A stretch of DNA of 41,760 nucleotides, taken from positions 1 through 41,760 of the IMG/VR virus record IMGVR_UViG_3300049173_000144; one strand, given 5' to 3'. The first letter of the stretch is position 1. Every line of letters starts with the position of its first letter. The DNA comes from a virus (taxonomy: Duplodnaviria > Caudoviricetes). The notes under the pieces were generated by a model. That model was not told the DNA's origin and did not search any database. It saw nothing but the letters and a program-made list of their open reading frames with translations. Of this stretch, positions 7,456 through 17,699 are shown piece by piece. Made by a program: the position numbers and the translations under genes.

Positions 7456-9571
7456 GCATTGGAAGAGCCTGCGGCTGAGCTAGGCGGTTCTGGACCATCG
7501 GAGAAAGCGCGGCGGCCCGAGCTGTTGGCCGCGCAAGAAGGCCGAGCGCCGCTACCGGGCTTCCTCCAGTAGCCGCCGCAATCCCGCCTGCCGCCGTCCA
7601 GTCCAACGGGCTCGTCTGCGGCAAGCTCCCCATCCCCTCTAGTGTTTGTGCAGCCTTCGGGAACGAGCCTGCAAACTCGCCGATTTGCTTGAGTTCGTCG
7701 GTCAAACGCCCCTTCTTCAGCAGGTTGGCGAGCTTTTTCGCATCCACATTGCCAGATGCGGGGTTCAGCGCTTTCTCAACGTCATACACCTTGGCAAGTG
7801 TCTTGCGTGCCTCTCGGTAGGTGGCAAGTAGCGCATCGTCGCCGGTGGCAGACAGGTTGCGTTCCACCAGGTCTTCGAGGGCATTGGAGATCTTGCCTTG
7901 CGCCCTGCCCATGGCGATAACTGCCGGATCGGCCGAAGCCGCGGATGCACGCTGTGCGGCCCGCAGCACTTTGATCGCTTCGATAGCCGAGCCGGCATCA
8001 AATGTCTTGGTGTTGCTGAAGCTTTTCACCAGGGATTCGAGCTGACCATTCGCGAGCGCAGGGAAATCCTTGGTTAGTTGCTCGCTGGGCGCGCCAGCCT
8101 TCTTTAGAGCCTCACGGAATGCATCGTCTGCGTTGAACTGGCCGGCCTGAGCGAGAGCGGAGTAGGCCTCATTGGCCCGGCTTCGGACCGCTTGCAACGC
8201 TTCGGGGGTCAACTCTTCCGCGCCAATCGCCTTCTGCGCAAGTTTGTTCGTGACTTGCTGGTTTCTCGCGCTGGCGTTTTGCGCCGTGGTGATCTTGCCC
8301 GCCGTACCTTCCAGCAGGCGGTTGGTTAGCGTGGGCCGCACTTGCGTTGGCGGGATGACGTACCCCGCCTCTCGCGCTGCTGCTGCCGCAGCGCGGACGC
8401 TTTCCGGGGCCTCGGGGCCTCGTATGACACGTGCCGCAGCACTGCCAAGCGCGCCAAGCCCCTTCACAACGGGAGGCAGGGCGGCACTGACCATCGCACC
8501 TGTTCCGGCCGAATCCGGGTCAACCAATCCAGCCGAGGCACCCCCTGCGACCGCTCCACCAGCCATGCGCACGCCCATATCGGCGAGTGCATTCATGGCC
8601 CCTGGCGCGACGGTTCGCCCGGTCGTCATCCCGCCGGACGCGATTGCACTGCCCAGAACCGGAAGACCACCGCCCTTTGCAATGGAGCCCAATGCCCCGC
8701 CGACAGGGTAGGTCGCAAGAATGTTGCCCGTGATCCGGCCGCCGGTGAACAGCGCATTCTTGTTCTCGGCATTGAAGTCCTTCAGGCCCTGAGCGCGCTC
8801 TGTGTTCTGCTGCTCCGCAGGGCTGGAAGATTGAGGGCCACGCTTGAGCCTCGGGTCTATCAGGCCATACGGGTCGTTGATCGCAGAAACCGTGTCGGCG
8901 CCGGCCTTCGTGCCGCTATTGATGATCGTATTCCCTACATCCGCGAGGCCGCTTGCGACACCTTTGATGATGGAGCCCGCGGCATCCGAGGTGTTGTTTT
9001 TCGCATCTCGCCTGGCTTTCGGATAGACGCCGAATGCGGCGCCCCCCTCCTGCTCAGGAGCTTCGCCAGGCTGCTGAGCGAAAGGGTCGAAGTCAACAGG
9101 CGATAGTGTCGGCTCCTTCGCCTTGACTGGCGTCATCTTGGCCGCAGTAGTGACCTTGGAAACATACCCGGGGTCTTCCGCGTAGCCTCCGCTCTTGAGC
9201 GCCTTGGCGAAATCCTCGGGGGTCTTGGCGTTGACCGCGTTGGGATATTTCCGCTGAATCAGGCTCACGTAGTCATCAACGAACTGATCGGGCGACTCGT
9301 AAGCGCGGTACTTGTCGCGACTCCCGGTCATGTTGTCCGTGGCTGCGGTGCCTTTTCCCGAGAAATCTTTGATGTTTCCGAGGTTGTTCGTTCCCGGAAT
9401 GACGCTCTTGCCCCAGCCGGTTTCTAGGCCCCATTGTCCGAGGACGACGTTCGGATCGACGCCGAGCGCCTTCGCGGCCTTTTCGGCGGCTGCACCATAT
9501 CGAGATGCAAAGTCATCCGGCGTCGTAGATGCCTTGAAGGGGTCGAATTCGACTGCGACGAGTGCGGCCAT
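7382..9571 (-). CDS. DNA ejection protein with N-terminal GH73 (FlgJ-like) peptidoglycan hydrolase domain
   Basis: QWGLETGWG...NNLGNIK...YRAYES...GGYAEDPGY motifs, then a long Ala/Gly-rich helical region. Confidence 0.8.
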   Translation of the reverse strand: MAALVAVEFDPFKASTTPDDFASRYGAAAEKAAKALGVDPNVVLGQWGLETGWGKSVIPGTNNLGNIKDFSGKGTAATDNMTGSRDKYRAYESPDQFVDDYVSLIQRKYPNAVNAKTPEDFAKALKSGGYAEDPGYVSKVTTAAKMTPVKAKEPTLSPVDFDPFAQQPGEAPEQEGGAAFGVYPKARRDAKNNTSDAAGSIIKGVASGLADVGNTIINSGTKAGADTVSAINDPYGLIDPRLKRGPQSSSPAEQQNTERAQGLKDFNAENKNALFTGGRITGNILATYPVGGALGSIAKGGGLPVLGSAIASGGMTTGRTVAPGAMNALADMGVRMAGGAVAGGASAGLVDPDSAGTGAMVSAALPPVVKGLGALGSAAARVIRGPEAPESVRAAAAAAREAGYVIPPTQVRPTLTNRLLEGTAGKITTAQNASARNQQVTNKLAQKAIGAEELTPEALQAVRSRANEAYSALAQAGQFNADDAFREALKKAGAPSEQLTKDFPALANGQLESLVKSFSNTKTFDAGSAIEAIKVLRAAQRASAASADPAVIAMGRAQGKISNALEDLVERNLSATGDDALLATYREARKTLAKVYDVEKALNPASGNVDAKKLANLLKKGRLTDELKQIGEFAGSFPKAAQTLEGMGSLPQTSPLDWTAAGGIAAATGGSPVAALGLLARPTARAAALSPMVQNRLAQPQALPMLTDATRRNLLQPLYRAGPVLASDR

Positions 9572-10863
9572 TATTCTTTCACCTCAAACCATTTGCCGCC
9601 CTGCTGGACATAGTATTTTCCGTCCGGCGCACGTCGCGCTTGCATCTCCTGACCGCCGATGTTGAACGTCTTGTTGGCGGTGTTTGTCGCGCCTTTGACG
9701 CCTTTCAGGGGCGCTGGTGGAGCGGCCCCGCGTACCTGGGCCACACGGGTATCGCCATCCGGCACCTCGGCAAGAATGCCGCGCATCGCAACTTCACGGT
9801 TGCGCTTCTTCTGTGAGATCACGGCATCGCTATCGCCAGGTTGCGGGAAATATTGCTTATCGCCATTGTTGAACTCGGAATCCGCGATGACCGCGCCGGA
9901 CTCGCGGCGTAGCACGGCGTTCAAGAAGTCTCGTTTCGCCTGGTCGAGTCTCTGACGGTCGGCTGGTTGTAGGGCGTTGATCGCCGCACCCACTCCGAAA
10001 CCAGCGCGCGAACCCGGGATTGACGTGGTCACGCCGCTGGCTGCCAACTCGTCAAATATGCCGTTCGCTTCCTGCATACGCGTGCCGAACAGCAATGCTT
10101 TGGACTGCCCCTCGGTAAGCGGCTTGCCCCCGCCAGACTTCGAGGCTGGATCGGCAGGGCCGCCCGGGATGAATTCGAGCGTGCCATCAGCCGCTTGGCG
10201 ATAACCGGACGGCACCCTGCCCGAAGCTACAGCCTCTCTCGCTCGCGCATCGGTCATGTCCTGCCCGCGCCTTGTGGTCGCAACGGTGGCAGCATTATTC
10301 GCTTGAGCGGTCTGGGCTGAGAGTTGAGCGTTGGCGGTGGGAGTGGTGTATTCCATCTCCTTCCACTTCTGCTCAAGCTGCTGCTTGACCGTCAATGCCT
10401 GAGCGCGCTTCTGCTCGATCAGTGCTGGGTCGTACTGCGCCGGCATCTGCGCGGCGGCTTCCGGGCCGAAGACCCTCGCCGTCTCCTGCCGCGCCAAGTC
10501 CCATGTTGCCTGATCCTTCACCGGCGCGATGATCTGTCCCGCAAGCTCGTATTTTTTCAGGTGCTGCTCGATTTCAGCCTTCATGGCATCAGATTGCGAC
10601 TTTCGTTGATCGCTCTGCGACTTCTGAAAATCCATAGCGGGCTTAACAAGCCCTGCTTGAAGCAGCTTGTTCGGGATCTGATCAGGCGTGTTAGCCCGGT
10701 AGATGTCGCGTTGGGCCGCGTCGTCGGCTGCAGACTGACGCAAAGCATTTAGCTTCAACCCCCCCATTTCCCGCTGCATTTGCTGGTCTTGGATGTCGGT
10801 AGGCGAGAGAAGAGGCGTGACCCCTTTGCCAAGTTGAAAAATGATGTTTGGGTCGATCGCCAT
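9571..10863 (-). CDS. Putative DNA ejection (internal virion) protein
   Basis: Gln/Ala-rich; AVLRRESGAVI...YFPQPGDS motif; P22 gp20/gp16 position. Confidence 0.7.
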   Translation of the reverse strand: MAIDPNIIFQLGKGVTPLLSPTDIQDQQMQREMGGLKLNALRQSAADDAAQRDIYRANTPDQIPNKLLQAGLVKPAMDFQKSQSDQRKSQSDAMKAEIEQHLKKYELAGQIIAPVKDQATWDLARQETARVFGPEAAAQMPAQYDPALIEQKRAQALTVKQQLEQKWKEMEYTTPTANAQLSAQTAQANNAATVATTRRGQDMTDARAREAVASGRVPSGYRQAADGTLEFIPGGPADPASKSGGGKPLTEGQSKALLFGTRMQEANGIFDELAASGVTTSIPGSRAGFGVGAAINALQPADRQRLDQAKRDFLNAVLRRESGAVIADSEFNNGDKQYFPQPGDSDAVISQKKRNREVAMRGILAEVPDGDTRVAQVRGAAPPAPLKGVKGATNTANKTFNIGGQEMQARRAPDGKYYVQQGGKWFEVKE

Positions 10864-12185
10864 TAGAAGAGCCTCCCGTTAGAGCTGCCGAACACATTCG
10901 TTGGCGGCACCCAAGTGGCGCCGGTTACGCTCATCGGACTACTGCCGTACGGCGTCGAGCCACCTGCCAGAAGGCTGTTCCAGCCTGCCGCGCTGTTGGT
11001 GCCGCTGTTCTGGTTGAAGGCGTTGGCAATCGAATTTGCCCCAGACACAAGGGCGTTGCTGCTCGCCACTTGACCGGCGGCGGCGGCATTTCCGGCCGAC
11101 ATCATGTTGTTCCCTACGTTCGTGGCGGTCTGCAGGTTGTTGGTCCCAACTTGGGCCGCAGAGTTTTGCCCGGTCCTCGACACGCCCGTAAGCATGTCGT
11201 AGACAGTCCCTCGGTTCTGGTTGTAGGCGTTAAGGTTGGTGTTCCACTCATTCTGCCGGCGATTCAGATTCGTACTGTACGCACTCAGATTGCGGTTGAA
11301 GGCGTTGTCGAACTTCGTACCGGCGTAGTCCTCGTTGAATCGGGTCAATTCCTTCATGGCGGCGCCAGAGAGGAAATTGCCGCGTGCCGCTTGGCCGCGC
11401 TCAATGCCCTGTGTGCCTTGGTTCAGGCCAAATTGATAGCCAGGGTCAGAAGCCAGATCCTTGCCGGTGAACGAGAAGGCCGGCCCGGAATCGAACTCCG
11501 CGCCGTTTCGGTATGCACGAAGCAGAGAACCATACGTCGGATCGGCCTGAGCCGCGGCGTTCTGGGCGTTCTGCTCTTCGTAGTATTTCGCGATTGCGGC
11601 GTCGAGGCCTTCGTAGTCCACCTCCGTGGACGGCCCGGCTTGAGCACCATTCGGCATGTACCACTCGTCGCCGTGAACACCGTCATTGCCGTCGCCACTG
11701 CCCTGCCGCCACAGCGCGCCGTCAGGGGCATACCCAAGGAGTCGATTGCGCCGATCTGCGGCGCTCTGACCTGGCTGGTCCGCGAAGTATTGCGCTGCCC
11801 CACCCTCCCCCAAGGCATTGACCGCTTCCTGCCCAGTGCGATAGAGAGGTGCCGAGCTGCCGGGCGCTGCGACGTTTCTGGTGTACCGGGCGATGAGCTG
11901 TTGCCGGACCTGATCCGGCGTGAGGCCGGTTTGCAGGCCCATGGAGGTGACGCCACCACTCCCCGCGCCGCCAATACCTAGAAGCTGATTCAAGCGCCCT
12001 TGCGCCGCACCGCCAGCCTCGGTCCAAGGCGCAAGATCCTGGCGCATTTGCATCTGCGCCATCATCTGCATCATGTTCGCCTGATCGGACGAACCCGATT
12101 GCGCAGAGGCTGCGCCCTTCGCGGCATCCATCTGCGAGATCGTGCCAACGGCGGCGACGCCCACTCCAACCCATGCTACTGACAT
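10863..12185 (-). CDS. DNA transfer / pilot protein (P22 gp7-like)
   Basis: Hydrophobic Gly/Ala N-terminus; DPGYQFGLNQG...AARGNFLSGAAMKEL motif. Confidence 0.75.
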   Translation of the reverse strand: MSVAWVGVGVAAVGTISQMDAAKGAASAQSGSSDQANMMQMMAQMQMRQDLAPWTEAGGAAQGRLNQLLGIGGAGSGGVTSMGLQTGLTPDQVRQQLIARYTRNVAAPGSSAPLYRTGQEAVNALGEGGAAQYFADQPGQSAADRRNRLLGYAPDGALWRQGSGDGNDGVHGDEWYMPNGAQAGPSTEVDYEGLDAAIAKYYEEQNAQNAAAQADPTYGSLLRAYRNGAEFDSGPAFSFTGKDLASDPGYQFGLNQGTQGIERGQAARGNFLSGAAMKELTRFNEDYAGTKFDNAFNRNLSAYSTNLNRRQNEWNTNLNAYNQNRGTVYDMLTGVSRTGQNSAAQVGTNNLQTATNVGNNMMSAGNAAAAGQVASSNALVSGANSIANAFNQNSGTNSAAGWNSLLAGGSTPYGSSPMSVTGATWVPPTNVFGSSNGRLF

Positions 12186-12673
12186 ATCAAGTCCTCCGCG
12201 TATTCTGTGGTGGCGACTTGCGCCTCAATCTTCTCGATGTCGGTTTCATCCGTTCGGAAGACGTTGATAAAAACGGTGTCTTCGTGGGCGTAGCCCACCT
12301 TCTGAATGCCGGGCTGCGAGACAGCGACGTGTCCAGCCTTGAAGCGCCCCGAACCGGTCTCTGTGAGAACCGAGATGTCGCCCTTCGCGACGATATTCAC
12401 GCACTCCTTGAGGTGGATCTTTCCGATCAGCAGCGAGCCTTTCGGAATGAATAAGGTCCGCGTGTAAACACCGTCTATCAACGTGTGTTGTACGTCGAAA
12501 TCGCGCTGTTCGCCGGGTGGTAGTTCAAGTAGGCTTTGCGTCAGTACCCGGATCTGTCGGCGAATTGCCGCTGGTGACTTGTCGGGCACGTTGAACACGA
12601 TCTCCCCATCTTTGACCACGAGCAGCGCCCCCGGCTTCGTCATCGCGAAGCCGTTTCCATAGGTGACTTTCAT
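12176..12673 (-). CDS. Virion-module hypothetical protein (cupin-like beta fold)
   Basis: MKVTYGNGF...GVYTRTLFIPKGSLLIGKIH...YAHEDTVFIN; start reassigned. Confidence 0.7.
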   Translation of the reverse strand: MKVTYGNGFAMTKPGALLVVKDGEIVFNVPDKSPAAIRRQIRVLTQSLLELPPGEQRDFDVQHTLIDGVYTRTLFIPKGSLLIGKIHLKECVNIVAKGDISVLTETGSGRFKAGHVAVSQPGIQKVGYAHEDTVFINVFRTDETDIEKIEAQVATTEYAEDLICQ

Positions 12674-12933
12674 ACGACCACGCCCGCCGCATCTACCCAA
12701 ACCGCGGCTGCTGGCTTGGCGGGGACCAGCTTGACCCATACCGGCTTGCCGAGACTGGTATCGAAATAGCGCCTTCCGATCCAAAGCTGTGTGGTCGGTC
12801 GCTCGGCAGTAGTGCCCGCCTCTTGGATGGACCTGGCGCCTACGTGTGTTCGGGTGAACCACACGGCCCAGGCTGGGGAAAGTTGTCCCGACGCATCGAG
12901 CAAGGCCCCTGTAGGCATGTCGTAGGCACTCAC
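12670..12933 (-). CDS. Small virion/tail protein
   Basis: GTTAERPT...YFDTSLGKPVW...WVDAAG motif typical of tail proteins. Confidence 0.65.
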   Translation of the reverse strand: MSAYDMPTGALLDASGQLSPAWAVWFTRTHVGARSIQEAGTTAERPTTQLWIGRRYFDTSLGKPVWVKLVPAKPAAAVWVDAAGVVV

Positions 12934-14333
12934 GAGACACGCCCCCAAGCTGCGATGAAAACCGTACGCACGGGGTCAGTCACCCGAAACACAAACGTCC
13001 AGTCGCGCGCCCTTCCGATCCTGTTCCACCTTGCTCTGGCTTTGTACTCTCCGATGCGGCCAAATGACTTCCAGCGCTCATTGCTCCAGGTGTGTCCGCC
13101 ATCGCGAGACACGCGCATCATGATTTGCGGGTCGTCTCCTTGCCCAGTCAGCAGACCCGTTCCCGCTTCCATTTCAAGCCACATCTCGGACATGAAGGAG
13201 TGAACGCCGGTCGATTGATGGCGCGTCTTCAGTTGTCGAACGATGGGGGCGCCATCATCGGTGTACGCGTCCTGATCGAATTGGTAGAGCTTTCCGTTCT
13301 CGAAATCGCTCACCAGCGAACGATCAAGAAAATTCACCTGCATCTCGGCGCGATGTCGCGTGAACTCATCCCCTACCTGATTCCAATTCTTGCTCAGACC
13401 GTCGTATATCCAGGATTGATTGGCCGAGGGGAAATTGATCTGATAGAACGGATGCCCCGACACCATGTAGGCAAACCCGGTGGCATCCGAAACCGCGGGA
13501 TACTGACTGAAGATGTAGTCCATCTCAGGGTTTGAAACAGGCTGCGCGTTGTAGCCAGACAGGACGCAAACCTGCACCGCTCCGAGGCGGTTTTTTCGCA
13601 AGAAAATGATCGAATCCATGAACTTGCAAAGCGACCACTGCGCAGCCAACCCCCACTCGATTGCCGCGGCGCCAACCCGGGCAAAAGGAAAGTCCAAAGC
13701 TCCGGAGTCACTCCAGAACTCGGTAGTCTCTGGCCCAAGCAGTACCAACTGGCCGTTGTCGGCCATGACGCGAATAAGGTTGTCTGGATTCGATTCAGCG
13801 GTGGCGAAGTCCAGCGCATTCCATGTCAGACCGTCATAGAGAGCGGAGCAGAAAAACTGACCTGAATTGGGTTTCGTGACTACGAAATAGCCATTCAGGA
13901 ATGTGACCGATGACGCGCCCGGAAACCCTGGTGAAGTGATCGTTGCGAACGTGCTTGTATTCGTGTTGTAGATGTAGCCCGAGGGGCCATCGACGATGAT
14001 TATTTGCGTGCCGTTGTCGGCCATGTCCACCCGGCCCGTAGAGGTGGCCAAGGTGCCGAGGCTGGTCATTGACCCATCGTTTGCAAGCCTCCAGAGGGTG
14101 TTGCGGTTGACGATGTAGACAAAGTTATCCTTCCGGTGCATGCCTCGGGAAGGAGATGCGCCGAAATTGACGAACGACACCAGACCAGGGGTCGGGTAAA
14201 GCACCAGATTGTTTTTCTGTTGGTCCGTCTGAATTTCAGCGTACAGATTCAGACGCTGTTGGGCATCAACATTGACGGACTTCCCCACATTCCCGAGTCC
14301 AAACAACGGGATGGGTGCGAGCGTCGAAGGCAT
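12930..14333 (-). CDS. Tail hub / packaged DNA stabilization protein (P22 gp10-like)
   Basis: LYPTPGL, GRVDMADNGTQ, FATAESNPD, SRDGGHTW...GEYKARARWNRIG motifs. Confidence 0.88.
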   Translation of the reverse strand: MPSTLAPIPLFGLGNVGKSVNVDAQQRLNLYAEIQTDQQKNNLVLYPTPGLVSFVNFGASPSRGMHRKDNFVYIVNRNTLWRLANDGSMTSLGTLATSTGRVDMADNGTQIIIVDGPSGYIYNTNTSTFATITSPGFPGASSVTFLNGYFVVTKPNSGQFFCSALYDGLTWNALDFATAESNPDNLIRVMADNGQLVLLGPETTEFWSDSGALDFPFARVGAAAIEWGLAAQWSLCKFMDSIIFLRKNRLGAVQVCVLSGYNAQPVSNPEMDYIFSQYPAVSDATGFAYMVSGHPFYQINFPSANQSWIYDGLSKNWNQVGDEFTRHRAEMQVNFLDRSLVSDFENGKLYQFDQDAYTDDGAPIVRQLKTRHQSTGVHSFMSEMWLEMEAGTGLLTGQGDDPQIMMRVSRDGGHTWSNERWKSFGRIGEYKARARWNRIGRARDWTFVFRVTDPVRTVFIAAWGRVS

Positions 14334-14779
14334 TAGCTCTCCAGCGCGGCAATTCGTGCTGCCAATTCCTGAAGCGCCGCCTCGACGTTGATTGGGGTTT
14401 GAAAGTACCCGCCCGCGTCCAGCACAGTGATGTTTTCGGCCTTGCCAACGATCCCCCAGCCCGGGCCACACCATCCGTAGCAATACACGGTAGGCCACCC
14501 GCCCTCGGTCTGCATGACGCCGTACGCCAAGGTGGTCGTTACCCCCTCCACCTCGCCAACGATTCGATAGGGCACGCGCCCCAGAAAATTCGACGGCACC
14601 ACGAACTCGGAATCCATGGGTAAGCTGCCGTCTGCAGCCGCGAACCGGACATTTGTGACGGTCACCGGCGTGATGTCGCCATCGTGGGCGTACACGACAA
14701 TGGTGAGGCTCATGTCATCACCCGCGAAAAAGCGAAGATCTCGCTTCTTCTCGCCGTCAAGTGCGATGGTGATTTGCAT
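14333..14779 (-). CDS. Hypothetical virion protein
   Basis: Coupled ORF; C-terminal NVEAALQELA motif seen in tail/needle proteins. Confidence 0.65.
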   Translation of the reverse strand: MQITIALDGEKKRDLRFFAGDDMSLTIVVYAHDGDITPVTVTNVRFAAADGSLPMDSEFVVPSNFLGRVPYRIVGEVEGVTTTLAYGVMQTEGGWPTVYCYGWCGPGWGIVGKAENITVLDAGGYFQTPINVEAALQELAARIAALES

Positions 14780-15108
14780 CAGAAATCCTCGGATGGGGTG
14801 ACATCGACCGCTGGAAGGTTCGCGGCGCGTTGGAGGTCAGTGGTTGCGATGAGGGGCCAGGTCTGGTCAGGTACAGCATCGAACTCCGCCGCCCCCAGAA
14901 AGGCGGCCATCAGGACGTACGGCTCTTCTGCGTAGTCCGGGATGGTGTTGAGCGTCCAGCGAACAAGCCCACGAATGCGGAACGCATAGTGAGCCGCCTT
15001 GAGCTTCTCAAGCGCCTTTACGAGGTCGTCCGCGTCCGCGGGTTCGTTGCTGCCCAGCGCCTTCAGCTTTTGCAGAATCCTCAGCGACAGATCCGTGGTC
15101 GTTGCCAT
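14779..15108 (-). CDS. Head-to-tail adaptor (P22 gp4-like)
   Basis: MATTTDLSLRILQKLKALG...DDLVKALEKL; size and synteny. Confidence 0.7.
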   Translation of the reverse strand: MATTTDLSLRILQKLKALGSNEPADADDLVKALEKLKAAHYAFRIRGLVRWTLNTIPDYAEEPYVLMAAFLGAAEFDAVPDQTWPLIATTDLQRAANLPAVDVTPSEDF

Positions 15109-15379
15109 TGTTTTCCCCTTCCGCCAGCGCTTCAGCAACGTGCAGCTCTTCAACAGGCTGAAGAACGACGTTGGCAACGGCCTCGAACTCGTGTTTGATC
15201 TTTGCGTCTTCGATCTCGTCCGAAGGCTCGGATTGCGAGGCGAAGTGCGGGTGTTTGGTCAATTTGCGAATGGCAAACGGATCGGTGACTGGGACGAGTT
15301 TCCCGAGCGGGAAATCGACGCCGTACATGTGAATGACCTGATGGTTCTCGCCAGGAGTGCCGGTGTACTTGATCTTCAT
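15008..15379 (-). CDS. Hypothetical head-module protein with C-terminal RGRGRPRK AT-hook-like tail
   Basis: MKIKYTGTPGE...KLTKHPHF...RGRGRPRKGA. Confidence 0.65.
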   Translation of the reverse strand: MKIKYTGTPGENHQVIHMYGVDFPLGKLVPVTDPFAIRKLTKHPHFASQSEPSDEIEDAKIKHEFEAVANVVLQPVEELHVAEALAEGENNGNDHGSVAEDSAKAEGAGQQRTRGRGRPRKGA

Positions 15380-15382
15380 TTG

Positions 15383-15410
15383 AAGAAACGGGGCCAGTTT
15401 CCCGGCCCCG
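15383..15410 (-). terminator. Terminator after the capsid/decoration genes
   Basis: CGGGGCC-GGGAAACT-GGCCCCG followed by TTTCTT on the minus strand. Confidence 0.6.
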
Positions 15411-15416
15411 CTCCGA

Positions 15417-15833
15417 TCAGGCATTGCGCGGCAGGAACCAGACGATGATATCCACAGTACCGGTAGCCGAAGCACCCGCCGCCGTGATCGTCACGTCCAC
15501 CGTATCGTTCGTGGTCAGCGTCAACGGACGAGCCGTTGCAGCATCAGCACGCCGCACACCACCAGTGACGGCGGCAGCAGCAGCGCTGAAGTACGCAGTG
15601 GAGCCGCCGTAGCCGACACTGAAGGCGCCAGAAGCGCCAAGGCCGGACTGCACAACGGTTACGTCCACGATCACCGAGCCAGCCTGAACCAACGCGCTTT
15701 GAATCACGTCATTCAGCGCGGGCGCCGAGGTGAACGAATAGGACGATGCCACGCATTTGACCGACTGTCCGTCGCCAACGCCTGGCATTTGTTCGGTGCC
15801 GCTCGACACCTTGGTTGCTTGAAGAATTGCCAT
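15417..15833 (-). CDS. Capsid decoration/cement protein
   Basis: Small beta-rich Ala/Thr/Val protein directly after the capsid gene. Confidence 0.7.
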   Translation of the reverse strand: MAILQATKVSSGTEQMPGVGDGQSVKCVASSYSFTSAPALNDVIQSALVQAGSVIVDVTVVQSGLGASGAFSVGYGGSTAYFSAAAAAVTGGVRRADAATARPLTLTTNDTVDVTITAAGASATGTVDIIVWFLPRNA

Positions 15834-15845
15834 GTCGTTTACTCC

Positions 15846-16994
15846 TTAAGCGTCTGCGACAGCGGCGGTCATCACGGTGACAACACCGTTTTGAACGAGG
15901 GTGCCGGTGTCGGAAGTGGTCGAGGTGCCGAACATCAGCTTCTCGATGCCGCGGATTTCCTGCACGCCAACGCCATGGCGGAAGCCATAGTCGCGTACGT
16001 CCGTGGTGGACTTCAGGCGTTGCGCCCAAGCCGCGCCAAGTGCTTGAGCACCGCACAGGAAGTTGCAGCCCACATCGATACCACCCGCGCCAGCGCCGGC
16101 GATGATGCCGCCGTTGGTCGGGAGGCGGCCGGTGGAAGCAGCGATTGCCGCGTCCATTTCCGGGATCTCACGCACGATCACACCGTCCCACACCAGCGAA
16201 CCGCCAGTGAACAGCGGGTTCGTCTCGACGCCACGCACACGCGCATCGCGATTGGCCTGCACAATGACAGGATCAAGCGAGAAATCGCGGAAGGAACGCG
16301 GGTTGGCGAACAGGACGAACCACTCTTCGTCTTCCTCGCGGGTACGAGTGGGCGTGATGCGCGGGCTGGCCGATTGGGCCATGCGCTTTGCGAGCGACAC
16401 GGTGGCTGCCGACAGCTTGTCCGCAGTGTTGTCGAGCGTCGCCAGAGCGGTCGCCCAGACGCCGGACGAGCCGTTGGCCTTCGATGCGCCGAACAGAATC
16501 CGGTCGGTGTTGTTCACGAGGTACGTGTTGCGCTCTGCAGCGGTGGTCAGCTCGTACTTCGTCATCACGCCAGCCGTGTTCGGGATGCTCTTCAGGGCGT
16601 AGATCACGTCTTCACGCATCTGCTCCTGAGCCCACATCTTCAGGCCAGGGCGGGCAGCTTCGCGGATGTCGATTGCCGACTTCTGCTCATCCCACTCGGT
16701 CACGACCACTGCGTTGCGCAGCGGGCGAACAGCGACGGTCAGCGAGCGAAGGTCGAGTTCGGCTTCGTTGCCTTCCAGCACCGTGTTGCCGGTCACGCCA
16801 CCCGTGAGGGCACGAGCAGCGGCGAACGTGACACGATCACCAGGCTTGCGGCTCAGGTCTTCCTTGACCTGAATCACGTTGCTGGGCGACGTGCCCATGT
16901 AGCGCTTGAAGCGGTTGTCCCGGATGTATTCCGTGAAGAACTTGTCGTCCCAGATCTGTGGGGTCAGGCCCGTACGGGCAGTACTTTCAGCCAT
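15846..16994 (-). CDS. Major capsid protein (N4-gp56/DUF4043-type)
   Basis: DLSRKPGDRVTF...VTGNTVLEGNEAEL...NPLFTG...FLCGAQALG. Confidence 0.9.
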   Translation of the reverse strand: MAESTARTGLTPQIWDDKFFTEYIRDNRFKRYMGTSPSNVIQVKEDLSRKPGDRVTFAAARALTGGVTGNTVLEGNEAELDLRSLTVAVRPLRNAVVVTEWDEQKSAIDIREAARPGLKMWAQEQMREDVIYALKSIPNTAGVMTKYELTTAAERNTYLVNNTDRILFGASKANGSSGVWATALATLDNTADKLSAATVSLAKRMAQSASPRITPTRTREEDEEWFVLFANPRSFRDFSLDPVIVQANRDARVRGVETNPLFTGGSLVWDGVIVREIPEMDAAIAASTGRLPTNGGIIAGAGAGGIDVGCNFLCGAQALGAAWAQRLKSTTDVRDYGFRHGVGVQEIRGIEKLMFGTSTTSDTGTLVQNGVVTVMTAAVADA

Positions 16995-17006
16995 TTAGAG
17001 GCTCCT

Positions 17007-17684
17007 TCAATTGTTGAATAGCGAACTGAGCGGTGCAGGCCCAGTGAACGCAGGCGCCGAGCGCGGTCCAGTTGAGCGAGCACCAGCGAGTGAGGACGGC
17101 AGATTCAGTGCGCCGGGGGCCGTCTTCTGGAGTTCGGCGCGGATCTCGGCTTCGACCTTGGCGCGGTATGCCGCGGGGTCGTCACCTACTTCCTTCAGCA
17201 ACTGCATCCGCTTGCCTTCCCGGTACGCGAACTCGTAAGGGTTCGGGTGCTGATGAAGAGCAACATCCAACGCAGGGTTCTGCTGGCGGGCCTCTTGGAA
17301 CAGCGCCACCACGTCGTCGAGATCGGCGTATTTCTGACGCGCGATCATTTCTGACGTGTTGAAGCGTTCGTTGAGAACCACCTGATGCAGTTGCTGAATC
17401 GGATCGACGGGCTGCTGTTGACCCCCTTGCGCAGCGCGTGCCTGCTGCTGTTCTTCCAGCATGCGGGCGCGTTCTTCGGCTCGGGTGGCGCGTTCTTTCC
17501 AGTCCTGACGGCCTCGGCGCTCTGCTTCCAGCGCGGCCAGAGGTACATGTTTTTCGGTGTTCGTTGCTGCCGCTGTCGTCTCGGCATTGGCTTCGGATTG
17601 CTCCGTCGCCTGTTCGACCTGTTGAGATTCCTCGTGCTGGTTTTCTTCCTGCTCGGGTTGCTCGGTGTTGAACACGTCATCCAT
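17007..17684 (-). CDS. Scaffolding protein
   Basis: Acidic N-terminus, VPLAALEAERRGRQ coiled coil; between portal and capsid genes. Confidence 0.8.
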   Translation of the reverse strand: MDDVFNTEQPEQEENQHEESQQVEQATEQSEANAETTAAATNTEKHVPLAALEAERRGRQDWKERATRAEERARMLEEQQQARAAQGGQQQPVDPIQQLHQVVLNERFNTSEMIARQKYADLDDVVALFQEARQQNPALDVALHQHPNPYEFAYREGKRMQLLKEVGDDPAAYRAKVEAEIRAELQKTAPGALNLPSSLAGARSTGPRSAPAFTGPAPLSSLFNN

Positions 17685-17699
17685 GGTTTACTTCCTTCT

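Noticed and set aside
15699-17021. 440-aa plus-strand ORF (and similar ORFs at 10848-11981 and 17852-18583)
   Set aside because: Antisense shadows of virion genes, with no recognisable motifs
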